Part shown: positions 1 to 12,614 of the stretch, piece by piece | Numbering within the stretch: position 1 is the first letter of the stretch | Layout of the letters: each line of letters begins with the position of its first letter | Assembly (NCBI RefSeq): GCF_006345805.1 | Contig: NC_043004.1 | Location: forward strand, 93,744,001 to 93,808,000 | Direction: 5' to 3' | DNA length: 64,000 bases | Source: Octopus sinensis | Taxonomy: Eukaryota | Notes under the pieces: model-generated | Seen by the model: the letters and a program-made list of their open reading frames with translations, nothing else | The model's database searches: none | What the model was told of the DNA's origin: nothing | Program-made: the position numbers and the translations under genes

Positions 1-970
1 TTATTTACAATGCTAGAATATGATTTGAGGGAGATTAACAGCTATTTCTCACATGTCCAAGCTACCATGTTGTGGTCTCTTCATTGGCTGTTGTGTATTT
101 GTATGTTGTGGCGCAGGCATAATATAGTAGAATGATTAAGAAATTCTCTTCAAAACCATGAAGCCTCAAGTTTAATCCCACAGTGTAGCACCCTGGGAGG
201 CTGTTTTCTCTCACAGCTTTGTGACTGAAATTAGATGAACGGAAATTGTGTGGAAGCCTATTAAATGAATTGGTGCTCTAATTTCAAGTACTCACTGAGC
301 CACTTACACAACAATACAATGATGGCTTCATTTACAGAACAATTGTGAATACTGATTATTGAAAGTGATGTAGCATCCGATAGTGTGAGCATCTCATTTT
401 GTATGCATGTGATTTGTTTGAGTTTGGGGTTTTTGAATATGCACTATGGTGCACTGTTGATCATACCGTCCAAAGATCAATCCTTGTCATAGCCATCGTG
501 CTGTACACCTAAACTAAACAAGGTACAGAAATTTGGTCTATTTACCTCAGTTTCCCTGGCTAAATGAGGCACCGCTTCACCAACATGCTGCAGATGCTAG
601 TTTCAAGCTGAACACCAACTGTGTCAATCACATCAGTCGGGAACCTGAGTTTATAAGTTCATGAACTCTGTCCCATCTCTGACTAAGCTTTTAACGAACC
701 TACATGGTCCAGTTATTAGTGATAAAGAGGAGGGTAATGATCTGTAAAAAGCAATGACTCTAACAAAATACTAATGTTCAATACCATCTCCCTGAAGAGA
801 TAGAGAGAGGAAGAAAAAAAAAAGAGTGGGAAAGGAAGAAAGGAAATTGAGGGAAGGATAAAGAGGGAAGAGAAGGGGAAGAGAGAAAGCATATGTATCC
901 GCATGTATCTTTTCCCTTAACAGTTTAGTATTTAAACCGGTCAAAATATTCTACCTGTTTTATATTCATA

Positions 971-1370
971 GGCGCAGGAGTGGCTGTGTGGTAAGTAGCT
1001 TGCTAACCAACCACATGGTTCCGGGTTCAGTCCCACTGCGTGGCATCTTGGGCAAGTGTCTTCTGCTATAGCCCCAGGCCGACCAATGCATTGTGAGTGG
1101 ATTTGGTAGACGGAAACTGAAAGAAGCCTGTCGTATATATGTATATATATATGTGTGTCTGTGTGTGTTGTGTTTGTGTTGTCCCTAGCATTGCTTGACA
1201 ACCGATTTGGTGGGTTTACGTCCCCGTAACTTAGCGGTTCGGCAAAAGAGGCGATAGAATAAGTACTGGGCTTACAAAGAATAAGTCCCGGGGTCGATTT
1301 GCTCAACTAAAGGCGGTGCTCCAGCATGGCCGCAGTCAAATGACTGAAACAAGTAAAAGAGTAAAAGAGT
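971..1370 (+). mobile_element. tRNA-derived SINE, family A, full length
   Basis: Head GGCGCAGGAGTGGCTGTGTGGTAAG with B-box-like GGTTCAGTCCC, TTGGGCAAG core, internal (TA)n/(TG)n tract and (GTAAAAGA)n tail; more than 12 similar copies in the window. Confidence 0.9.
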
Positions 1371-1766
1371 ATACTGACCAGATCTGATTTCTCACATGAA
1401 CCCTACAAAATCATTCCCAAAAAATTAAGTGACCTCATCCAAATCTCAACAGCTACAAGATATCACATGGTTAATTCAAAACAATGAGAATAAAAAACCC
1501 TTACTTTTGAGGGAATAATGGGAATGTTAAGGGGTTAATGCATGTGATATTTTCATTTTCTAAATATGTTCTCTTCCTCTCTCTCTTTCTCTCCCATCTC
1601 TTTTCTCTGTTAGCATCCCTCTTTTTCTAATATCTCCTCCTCTCTCACTATTTTTACTATCTTCACTCCTCTTCTTTCGACTGATAACCTACCTCACCTT
1701 CCCACTCTCTGAGAGTGTACTACTCTGGCATCTCCTCCTCCTCCAGCAGCTCACATTCTGCGTGTA

Positions 1767-1985
1767 TACTCTTTTACTTGTTTCAGTCATTTGACTGTGG
1801 CCATGCTGGAGCACCGCCTTTAGTCGAGCAAATCGACCCCGGGACTTATTCTTTGTAAGCCCAGTACTTATTCTATCGGTCTCTTTTGCCGAACCGCTAA
1901 GTGACGGGGACGTAAACACACCAGCATCGGTTGTCAAGCAATGCTAGGGGGACAAACACAGACACACAAACATATACACATACAT

Positions 1986-2029
<44 letters not shown>

Positions 2030-2191
2030 GACAGGCTTCTTTCAGTTTCTGTCTACCAAATCCACTCACAAGGCATTGGTCGGCCTGGGGCTATAGCAGA
2101 AGACACTTGCCATAGATGCCACGCAGTGGGACTGAACCCGGAACCATGTGGTTGGTTAGCAAGCTACTTACCACACAGCCACTCCTGCGCC
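1767..2191 (-). mobile_element. SINE family A, full length
   Basis: Reverse complement of the 971-1370 consensus, head to tail. Confidence 0.9.
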
Positions 2192-2564
2192 TATGTGTGT
2201 AATACTTTCAACAACAACCCCTCTACCATCCCATCCTTATCCCTGTCCCTCCTTCCAACTGTCTGTCTCCATGGATGCTACAATCTCACTATTACATCAA
2301 ATTAAATTCTTATCTCATTGATGTCATTTTAAAGACCTCGGGGAGGGGGGGATAAGCAAACTGAAATTAATGGATATACATGTGTAGGTGTGTGTATGTG
2401 TGTGTATGTGGGTGTGTACATACAGATATACTAATATGCAAAATGTTCATGTGTAGATATGTATAAATCCTTAAAAAGGTTTTAGCTCGAAGGCCGCGGC
2501 CATGCTGGGGCACCACCGCTGAGTATGTGTGTAAGTGTTTCAGTACACATGACTGTTAGTATTC

Positions 2565-2848
2565 TTTTCTTTTCTTTATTTGTTTCAGTCATTTGACTGC
2601 AGCCATGCTGGAGCACCACCTTTAGTTGAACAAATCGACCCCCAGGGCTTATTCTCTGTAAGCCCACTACTTATCCTATCGTTTCTCTTATGCTGAACTG
2701 CTAAGTTACAGGGATGTAAACACACCAGCAACGGTTATCAAGCAATGGTGGGAGGACAAACACAGACACACAAACATACACACACACATATATATACACA
2801 CGACAGGCTTCTTTCAGTTTCCATTTACCAAATCCATTCACAAGGCTA
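2565..2848 (-). mobile_element. SINE family A, 5'-truncated, diverged
   Basis: Matches the 3' two-thirds of family A; head missing. Confidence 0.8.
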
Positions 2849-2974
2849 TGTGTGTGAATATTGGCAAGAAATTGTGCTCTAAGCTGTGTCTCTTAACATG
2901 AAATAGTAACTTAACTATTTCATATAGAACATACATTTTTTTTTCATTTAATACCTATTTTTCTGTATTTTGAG

Positions 2975-3300
2975 ACCCACTTCAGTAAGAAATGACCATA
3001 GGACTGAATCTAGAAAGTTCCCCTCTGAAACACAAGTCTGAGCAAGGTTGTTTATGGGAGACCAGCTGTCACCCAAGCATACCAGTCATCCCTCTCCATG
3101 TCACCAATGTTATCAAAGGGAAAGGCAAAGGGGCCGATACAGCTTGGCACCAATGATGTTGCAACTCATTTCTACAGCTGAATAAACTGGAACAATGTGA
3201 AATAAAGTATCAAGAACACAACACACAGCCCAGTCTGGGAATCGAACTCACAACCTCGTGATTGTAAGCCCAACACTCAAGCCACTGATGCCTGTGCTTT
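2975..3300 (-). mobile_element. tRNA-derived SINE, family F (Meta-domain-like), diverged
   Basis: Minus strand has a tRNA-like head (GAGTTCGATTCCC) followed by GTGTTGTGTTCTTG...ACTTTATTTCACATTGTTCCAG; a related head occurs at about 53245-53385. The Meta-domain label is from recall. Confidence 0.55.
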
Positions 3301-3520
3301 CACATTTTTCCATCCTAGCATGGCTTAGATGGGAGGTAACTGAGGCAAGATGCTCTTCCTGTTGCCAACTCTCAATTGTTTTTCAAGTAAGGGATTTTGT
3401 ATCCCAGAGGAATTTCAGAAAAGATGCAGAGCCAGCAGACAATTTGTTGACAGGTCAATGTTGTTTCTAAATACTCCCTGACATACATAAATGCATGCAA
3501 GCATACCCACATCACATACA

Positions 3521-4930
3521 CAGACATGACAGAAGTAAACAGACCCCATAAAACTTCATTTTATGTTTATTTTAACATGAAAAGGTTTATCATCATCATC
3601 ATCATCACCATCATCATCGTTTAGCGTCCGCTTTCCATGCTGGCATGGGTTGGACAGTGCAACTGGGGTCTGGGAAGCCAGAAGGCTGCACCAGGCCCAG
3701 TCTGATCTGGCAATGTTTCTACGGCTGGATGCTCTTCCTAACGCCAACCACTCCATGAGTGTAGTGGGTGCTTTTTACGTGCCACCGGCACAGGTGCCAG
3801 ACGAGGCTGGCAAACGGCCACGAGCGGATGGTGCTTTTTTACGTGCCACAGGCTCTATGTGTGACTTTAAAAATGCCACATATAAATGAAGTCTTGGAAT
3901 TGTCCGAATTTCTAAGAGGCTGTATTGTGGGTCAATCTGAAGGTGAACTTAGCCAACTTGGGATCTGACTTTCTACAGTTTATTGAGTGATTGTGCAATT
4001 CACCAGAGAGGGAAAGGAGTCCACAGCAGGTCAACCAGGGCCCTCTGACAACCCTTCATTTTGTTAAGAGAAGTGTGGAAGATAATCTTCATTGCTAGGC
4101 CTCAAAGATAGCACAATAAGTTGATGTCAGTCTCAGAACAGCTGTCAGGTATCTCCAGAAACTCAGCTACTATGGTAGAGCAGCAAGGAGGAAGCCATTT
4201 ATTCAACCAGCCAATATCAAGCAGAGAAAAGATTGGGCTAGTGAGATGGTGGAGGAGCCACTAGCATTTTGGGACTCTATCATATTCTCTGATGAATCTA
4301 GAATTGTTGTATTTTCTAACAGTGGTCAAGTGTGAGTTTGGAGACTCTGTGATCAAGAACTTTATGTGAAAAGATTGCAGCCAACAATGAAACATGGTGG
4401 TTGATCAGAGCTGGTGGAGTGTGAGGGAAACATAAACTCAGATAAATATGTGACAATATAACAGAAAGGACTCCTTCAAATTTTCTCTAGTACTGAAATG
4501 ACAAAAGAAGACTCTTTATTTATGGAAAATGGGGTTCCTTATCACATGGCTACAAAGACTCAAAATTGGTTGGAAGAGAATAGGATTAGCAATTTCCACG
4601 ACCAATCCAGTTACCAGATATGAACCCTATTGAATATCTCTGGGGCATAATGGACAGGACACATCGTAGAATGAACAAGAAAGCATCCTCAAAGCCAAAT
4701 CTTTTGAAATTACTGCAAGAAACTTGGCAAGAAATTCCTCAAGAGAATATATTTGTCATCTGATCAGTAGCATGTCTAATAAGGTCCTTGCATTGAAAAA
4801 TGCAAAGGGCATGTCTCCTAAATATTAAATATTCACATTATAACAATTAATAAATAATTTGAATGTATAATTTCGGATTTAAATAAATTTCAATGATTAT
4901 AAAGGTGTCTATTTACTTCTGTCATGTCTG
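3521..4930 (+). mobile_element. Tc1-like DNA transposon, degenerate, both TIRs retained
   Basis: TIRs CAGACATGACAGAAGTAAA (3521) and TTTACTTCTGTCATGTCTG (ends 4930, followed by TA). Broken transposase 3873-4828 reads MPHINEVLELSEFLRGCIVG, IFSDESR, PDMNPIEYLWG and ends KGMSPKY*. Confidence 0.88.
3589..3852 (-). mobile_element. SINE family C ((ATG)n tail) nested in the Tc1 element
   Basis: Reverse complement of the 8388-8764 element, including GGTTGGCGTTAGGAAG and ...GGAAAGCGGACGCTAAACGATGATG; lies between the Tc1 left TIR and its ATG. Confidence 0.85.
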
Positions 4931-4967
4931 TATATAATTTAGAATGTTGTAAAATATATGTATGTAT

Positions 4968-5160
4968 AATATAACAGAAAACTAGAAATTTTGGGGCATT
5001 ATTTATTCAGCATTGCATGTGTTTCATTCGCTAAGAGGATTTACGAAGTTTTACATGTTTGACAGACATGTAAAACTTTGTAATTCCTATTAGCAAATGA
5101 AACATGTGAAATGGTGAATAAATAACAAAAAAATTTCCAATTTCTTGGTTTGTTATGCAA
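4968..5160. repeat. Fold-back (palindromic) element
   Basis: Core 5020-5104 forms about 39-bp arms with 4 mismatches around loop TTGACAG; weaker outer arm similarity (TTATTTATTCA/TGAATAAATAA). Confidence 0.75.
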
Positions 5161-5358
5161 TAACTCTGCAAATAATATTTCTATAATTCTCAATTTTAAT
5201 ATGTATTTTGACCAAGATACAACAGCAACTGAGACCTCAAATAGGATTGTAATAATAGAATAAGCAGATGTGTTTCAAGAGGAAACAGCTGGGATTTATC
5301 CTATCCTATCCTGTCTGTCTCTCCCTCTCTCTCTCTCTCGCTCTCTATCTATCTATCT

Positions 5359-5734
5359 TCTTTCACTTGTTTCAGTCATTTGACTGCGGCCATGCTGGAG
5401 CTCTGCCTTTAGTCAAGCAAATCGACCCAAGGACTTATTCTTTGTAAGCCTAGTACTTATTCTATCAATCTCTTTTGCCAAACCGCTAAGTTACAGGGAC
5501 ATAAACACACCTGCATCAATTGTCAAGCGATGTTGGGGGAGACAAACACAGACACACACATATATATACATAAATACGACAGGCTTCTCTCAGTTTCCAT
5601 CTACCAAATCCACTCACAAGTCTTTGGTCGACCCGAAGCTATAGTAGAAGACAACTGCCCAAGGTGCCATGCAGTGGGACTGAATCTGGAACCATGTGGT
5701 CGGTAAGCAAGCTACTTACCACACAGCCACTCCT
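5359..5734 (-). mobile_element. SINE family A
   Basis: Reverse-complement match to the family A consensus. Confidence 0.88.
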
Positions 5735-5769
5735 AGTAGTATAAGATATGGATTCCAAGAATTATGCAA

Positions 5770-6040
5770 GGTGCCAAGCGGTGGGATTGAACATAGAATC
5801 ATATGGTTGGGAAGCAAACTTCTTACCACACAGCCAAGCACGCACATACATGCACACACACATAAACAGACATACACAGCAGTTTCTTTCACTTTACAAC
5901 TATCAAATTCCCTCACAAACTACTGGTTGTCCCAGATCTACAGTAGAAAAAAAAACACTTGCCCAAAGGGCTGTGCAGTAGGACTGAACATGAAACCACA
6001 TTGTTGAGAAGCAAACTTCTTAACCTCACAACCATGCCTG
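5770..6040 (-). mobile_element. Two degenerate SINE-A-related 5' fragments
   Basis: Repeated ...GCAAACTTCTTACCACACAGCC heads and ACACTTGCCCAA core with many substitutions. Confidence 0.6.
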
Positions 6041-6759
6041 CAGCTGCTAAACTGTGTGTGAAACATGTAGAATAAATATTTCTTGATACATCAATGAAAC
6101 AGGTCTTGAAAATTCGATATATACACACCAGACTAGCTGCACTAAAATAATTACATAGGAGTTGGTATTGATATGACTAAAAACCTTTGAAGTCAGTGTC
6201 CCAGGATAGCTGCAGTGTTTTTACTAGCTGAAACCAGTAAAAGAATTTTTTTAAAAAACTGCATCAAAATATTTCACCAGAACACCACTGGCCTCCCTCT
6301 AACAAAAACACATCTAATTTACTGCAACAGTAGTAGAGGTGGTGGGTGTTGTAGTGGTGTGATAATATCAGGAAGTGCATGTGTTTAGTGTAGAACATAG
6401 TGGTATGTGAACTGTAAGATTTAAACCAAATTGTGGCTCCATCTAGTGAGTATTTAGCAGCTGGTACCACAATATCAATATTATTGATTTTTAATACTGG
6501 TGAAAGGCTACAGATCTGAGTACAGCCAGTTGAATCACCCTCAGTACATGACTGCTTTTTATCACCAGCCCCTGGTTCAATAACAAGGTAGCTTTTGGTT
6601 CAATAAGAAGGTAACCCTCAAACTCTATAAGAGAAAGCTTCCCATTTATTTTAACACTTTTGATATCAACTCACCTTTGGTTTTATAAAACAAACTTAAC
6701 GACTTAAAGTAATATAATTAAAACCTTCCCTCAAAATTACATATCAATGTACACACACA

Positions 6760-6965
6760 AACATCATCATCATCATTATCATCCTCCTCCTTTAATGTCT
6801 GTTTTTCATACTGGCATGGGTTGGACAGTTTGACCAGAGTTAGCAGGCTCCAGTCTGATTTGGCTTGATTTCTACAGCCGGATGCCCTTCCTAATGCCAA
6901 CTATTTTACAGAGTGTGCTGGGTGCTTTTTTACATGGCACTGGCATGGTTTTTTTTACATGATGC
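6760..6965 (-). mobile_element. SINE family C, diverged
   Basis: (CAT)n tail then GGCATGGGTTGGAC...GGATGCCCTTCCTAATGCCAAC. Confidence 0.7.
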
Positions 6966-7719
6966 CGGTACAGGTATTATCACAAGACCCTGATGGGCTT
7001 CTTTTCACTTTCCGTCTACCAAATCCACTCATAATGCTCTGGTCAACTTGGAGCTACAGTAGAAGACACCTGCCTGAGGTGCTATGGTGTGGGACTGCGC
7101 TGGAATCAAACTGATCAACCACATGCCTGTATCTATGTGTAGTTATACAAACAAAAAACAGAAAGCAACTCAACCAGATTATCACATTACACCCCATTGT
7201 CTAGGATGAAGAGGAACCTTTGTCCTATTTCCTATAAAAAGTATTTTTGTATCAAGGACCTCCCAAGAATTTTTGCTAGACCACAGAAATAGATTTCCTG
7301 CACTGCACCCAGCTCCAGATTATGTTATTACAGATGTTTCATGTGCTTCTTTTGCTACTTCACTAGCTACACCTTTATGTTCCATCGTATGTGTATAGAA
7401 TTATGTTTGAAGGAAAGAAAGGAAGGAATTTGTTACATTTAATTTGCTGTAATAGTGGGGCATTGTCTTAATATTTCCTTTTGCGTTGTTTTGCTGTTGT
7501 TGTCTTCCATTGGTTGTATGATAGTGTTGGGAGGTTATTGTGTCAAATGTGTGATGTGATTAGTATTAGGAAGTGACTGTATAAGAATACGCAATTTCTA
7601 AGTTGTGTTATAAAATTGATAGGTATTTGTGTGGAATAAGTGGTTTGTAAATAGGTGTTACAAAACTGGAAGATGATTTTAGAGGATATGCAATGAGTAC
7701 GGTGTGCTATAATATTGGT

Positions 7720-7910
7720 TTCAAATATTGGTACAAGGCCAGCAATTTTGGTGGGGTGGGTGGGTAGGGTATTAACATCAACCCCAAAGTTCAACTGGTA
7801 CTTATTTTATTGACCCTGAAAGGATGAAAGGCAAAGTCAACCTCTGCAGAATTTGAACTTAGAACATAAATTGCTGTAACAATTCTGCCAGCTTGCTGCC
7901 CTTAAGTTGT
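7720..7910 (-). mobile_element. SINE family B, diverged; partly duplicated at about 8110-8215
   Basis: ACTGGTACTTATTTTATTGACCCTGAAAGGATGAAAGGCAAAGTC matches family B; block 7665-7825 recurs at 8059-8215. Confidence 0.65.
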
Positions 7911-8387
7911 GTTACAGCAGAAATTATTTGTGTGGTGCAGAATAGTTATGTTGTAATACTGGGAGATGATTAAGTTGTGTTATTTCATGGTCAGGTAATT
8001 GCAGAATAATGTGCCGTGTAAGGCATGTTATAGTACTGGGTGGTGAATATGTTGTGTATTGGAAGATGATTTTATAGGATATGCAATGAGTAAGGTGTGC
8101 TATAATATTGGTTTCAAATATTGGTACAAGGCCAGCAATTTCAGGTGAGTGGGTAGGGAAATAGCATCAACCCCAGAGTTCAACTGGTACTTATTTTATT
8201 GACCCTGAAAGGATCAATAGTTTGGGCTGTGTAAGCAAACTAAAAGCACCTCCTATAGAATGTTCTAAAGTGCCTAGTATTGACTGCTGTCCGGACAGTA
8301 TTTAAAGTTCTAAAGTGCCTAGTAATGACTGCTGTCCGGACAGTATTTAAAGTTGTGAGCTCTGCTATGGTTTCTATGTTTTTGTTT

Positions 8388-8764
8388 GTGTCGGTGGCAC
8401 ATAAAAAACACCATCCAAGTGTGGCCGTTCACCAGCCTCGTCTGGCACCTGTGTCGGTGGCACATAAAAAACACCATCCAAGTGTGGCCGTTCACCAGCC
8501 TCGTCTGGCACCTGTGTCAGTGGCACATAAAAAACACCATCTGAGTGTGGCCGTCTGCCAGCCTCGTCTGGCACCTGTGTCGGTGGCACATAAAATCACC
8601 CACTACACTCTCGGAGTGGTTGGCGTTAGGAAGGGCATCCAGCTGTAGAAACACTGCCAGATATGACTGGCCTGGTGCAGCCTTCGGGCTCCCCAGACCC
8701 CAGTTGAACCGTCCAACCCATGCTAGCATGGAAAGTGGACGTTAAACGATGATGATGATGATGA
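8388..8764 (+). mobile_element. SINE family C with internal 63-bp tandem repeat (about 3.3 units)
   Basis: Unit GTGTCGGTGGCACATAAAAAACACC...CTCGTCTGGCACCT repeated, then GGTTGGCGTTAGGAAGGGCATCCAGC and an (ATG)n tail. Confidence 0.85.
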
Positions 8765-10089
8765 TTTACCAGTATTCCAGTTCTTACTGATGCTGCTTGT
8801 TTCACTCTTAATCTCTTTCGGTTAGCTAAGCTAAATGTGTGTCGACAGAATAAATTATATCAATGTTGTCTCATATTTCCAGTTTTGAGATTGTTTCATT
8901 GGATAAGTTTTCTTTGTGGCCTCCAGGTGTTTTTCTAATCGAAAGGTATTAAAATGTCTATCAGAGTATACGTATATACTTATCTTCCTTCATTTCATTA
9001 TGATATCTGAATAGCAGTCTACTATGATAATTTTGTCAGTCTGAAGAGATATGTCTTGGAGCACCCTAGACTTTTCCTTGATCTGAATTTTTTATAGTTT
9101 GGCTTAGCAATAATGGCTTATGCCAACTGAAGCACTGCCTTCAACTGAGTATGCTTATATCACTTATTTTTAGTTTTTCTGTATAAGTATTTATCCAGAC
9201 ATTATTACTCCTCCAGGAGAGCACTAACTCCACATAAAAACTGATACATGGTAAAGAGTACAGTTTAGTCATGAAGCAGTAGTATTAGTAGTATGACAAA
9301 TGTACCAAATCCCTGCTTTAAAATGGCAGGTGATAGGAAGGGCAGCCATAAACACTGTGCCAAAAAGCCATGACACACAGAACAACAAAATTTGACTATT
9401 CACTCTGTTGCCATGTGTGTATGCCAGACAACAACGGCCCAAGACAAGAGACAAAGTGCTGAGAAACATGTCAAACATATGCCATCATAAAAACACACAT
9501 CATCATTTCAATATCCACTTTTCCAGAGTTTTTTGGGGCAGATTTTCAATGGCTGGATGTCTTCCCTGTTGTCAACCATCACAGAGGTGTAGTGAGGTTC
9601 TGAAGTTAGTGGGAGCAAGCATATAAAAAAAAGGTGCTGTGACATGTACCATTCAATTATCGACTCACCTCTCTTATAATACCCAAAATATTTCATCAGT
9701 TATAATATATGTAACAATATCATAACATATGAGACTTACAACTACTGATCCGGGTAACTAAAGATCTTTTTAAAAATTGGTAAAAAGGTACCAATTTTGA
9801 AAAATATGCTGGGGGGGGGGACTGCTCCTCTTGATCCCTTATTAGCTATGTCACTGACCATCATCAGGTAATATTTTCCCATGACCAGACATTTCTATGC
9901 AGAATACTGGAAATGAATGACACCGCATGTACAACAGTGACACTCATTTACAACTATTTCACAATCTCAAGACAAGGAGACACAAGATATATATACACAC
10001 CCACACACAACAAAATCTACTCACAAGGCTTTGGTTGACCCAGGGTTATAGAAGAAGCCACAGTGGGACTAAATCGAAAACCATGCAGT

Positions 10090-10420
10090 CATTGGCTGTA
10101 TGGTTAAGAAGCTTGCTTCCCAATCATGTGGTCTTGGGTTCAGTCCCACTGCATGGTAGCTTGGGCAGGTGTCTTCTACTGTAGCTCCAGGTCAACCAAA
10201 GCCTTATGTGTGGATTTAGTTGACGGAAACAGAAAGAAGCCAATGATACACACACACACATACATATATGTATGTAAATGAATGTCTTTTGTGTTTGTAT
10301 TACATTTGTCTCCCGCCACTGCTTGACAACCATTGTTGGTTTATTTATGCCCCTGTAATTTAGTAGCTTAACAACACAAATCAATAGAATAAGTCACAGA
10401 CACAAAAATAAGTACTGTGG
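10090..10420 (+). mobile_element. SINE-A-related, old diverged copy
   Basis: GGCTGTATGGTTAAGAAGCTTGCTTCCC head, TTGGGCAGG core, GCTTGACAACC. Confidence 0.65.
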
Positions 10421-10503
10421 TCGATTTGTCCAACTTAACCTTTGAATTAGTTCCATTCTGTCATTTGAACTCAGAATGTGTAGAGTTGAAAATAAACAGT
10501 ATA

Positions 10504-10676
10504 AGACGCAGGAGTGGCTGTGTGGTAAGTAGCTTGCTAACCAACCAACATGGTTTCGGGTTCAGTCCCACTGCGTGGCATCTTGGGCAAGTGTCTTCTG
10601 CTATAGCCCCGGGCCGACCAATGCCTTGTGAGTGGATTTGGTAGACGGAAACTGAAAGAAGCCTGTCGTATATATG

Positions 10677-10707
<31 letters not shown>

Positions 10708-10920
10708 GTTTGTGTGTCTGTGTTTGTCCCTCTAGCATTGCTTGACAACCGATGCTGGTGTGTTTATGTCCCCGTCACTTAGCGGTTCGGCAAAAGAGAC
10801 AGGTAGAATAAGTACTGGGCTTACAAAGAATAAGTCCCGGGGTCGATTTGCTCGATTAAAGGCGGTGCTCCAGCATGGCCGCAGTCAAATGACTGAAACA
10901 AGTAAAAGAGTAAAGAGTAA
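10504..10920 (+). mobile_element. SINE family A, full length
   Basis: Near-identical to the 50461-50877 copy. Confidence 0.9.
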
Positions 10921-11819
10921 GACATTTACTGTGAAGTTCTACCACTTCAGCCACCAGGCCAACCAGTCCTTTTTATAAGATGAGTCAATGAAGGTGCCAG
11001 AGCCACTATGTGGTCGTTAAATCAGCTAGAAATAACAGCCAAACCTCCACTCAAACACTACACTCTTTAAAAAAAAAGGGGGCACATCAGATATTATATT
11101 CCTTGATGCATTATGTCTAAAAAAATTTTTTTTTTTAATAGACAGGATATTCACCACTGGTCGCCTTTGTTATATTTTACTTATACTCACACGCACACGT
11201 GCATGCGTGTGGATAATGTGTTTGTATAATAAAAATACTAAACTTAATAGCTTCCGTTCTAAATGCGTGTAGTTAGTACGCGTAAATTTGTAAGAGAACC
11301 TTGTTGACATCGAATGGAGATATACACAAACACACTTTGTCATAAATGAAATAGACACACACTCGAAAATTTCTAGCTTTGACTTTAACACAAAAGTATT
11401 AGCACGAATGTCATTAGCAGTATATTTCCAGTATATGTTTACAAATATATATAGATTCTGTGTAAGAGCACAAACACACACGTCTGATGTATGTATAATC
11501 GTTGGTTTCAGTCAGATACTCATAGCAGAGAATTTGATATAGTATAAGCAAATGAATATATGCTTACACACACACACATTTCAATGACTTCTGTTTCATG
11601 ATTAAATTTCACGTCGGAAAAAAAAAAGAATTTTCAGCAATGAATTTTATTTATTTATTTATTTGTTTGAAATAAAATTCTTCGTTGAAAAACCATCTGA
11701 TGATTGGTTTGTTAGCATGAAACTTAAAGCAGTCTTCCGCTATTATAAAACATACTCTACGTAATGTGTCGAGTACTTGTTACTGAGTTCGTGATACCTC
11801 TTACAAAGTCTGTAAATCT

Positions 11820-11994
11820 ATCTGTCTATTTTTCTTTATCTATCTATCCTTCTATATATTTATTCTATCTATTTATCTCAATGTATCTATCTATCTATTT
11901 GTCTATCTATCTATCTATTTGTCTATCTATCTATCTATCTATCTATATCTATCTATCAATCTATCTATCCATCTATATATTCTATCTATTTATC

Positions 11995-12033
<39 letters not shown>

Positions 12034-12050
12034 CTATCTATCTATTTATC
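11820..12050. repeat. (TATC)n microsatellite
   Basis: Direct reading. Confidence 0.95.
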
Positions 12051-12581
12051 TATAACTCTGATTATAACGATTTCAGTTATTCAACAATTTAATAATTTAA
12101 TTTCAATAATCGGATAATTTAAAGTAAATTGTTCGAATAATCGAAAACATTAAATTCCAACATTCCAATTTAAGAACCTTCGCTTTCTAATAAAATACAT
12201 AAATTTCATTTATACTAATGTACCAAGGACTATTCCCAGCATCTGTAAACACCAAAGTGCAGCAACCCATATATGTGGGAGTGAACACTATTGATAGCGT
12301 GTCTATATATTTATGTGGAAGATCTATTCGAATAACGAATTCAAGACTTATTAAAATGCTTTGAGATATATTCTGGGAACTACACATTACACGAAACGGA
12401 AGAGCACCGATCTAAGTACCTTGTTCTTTTATCAACGTCCTGTATCCAAAGGGCTGCAATTTGAATAATTAGTCAATGTAACAGAAGAGATCAATTAAGA
12501 TTATTAATTCTCCATCCCCCCCACTTCCTGTGGAAATGTCAGACTTTGTGTCAATCATATAAGACATTGTTAATTCGTAGA

Positions 12582-12614
<33 letters not shown>

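Noticed and set aside
480-700. Possible minus-strand exons near the window start
   Set aside because: Splice-like motifs exist but frames close quickly and nothing is recognisable; cannot be supported without transcripts.
971-1045. tRNA-like sequences at the heads of SINE families A, B, D and F
   Set aside because: They have A/B-box-like motifs but no complete cloverleaf or acceptor stem and run directly into SINE bodies; not tRNA genes.
941-2305. Recurrent similar ORFs (MSSNARGTNT..., MTTDAGVF..., MSKSTPGLIL...) that look like a gene family
   Set aside because: All are chance frames of SINE-A copies.
8388-8600. Regular 63-bp repeats resembling a CRISPR array or a repeat protein
   Set aside because: No unique spacers; contiguous tandem units inside a SINE in eukaryotic DNA.
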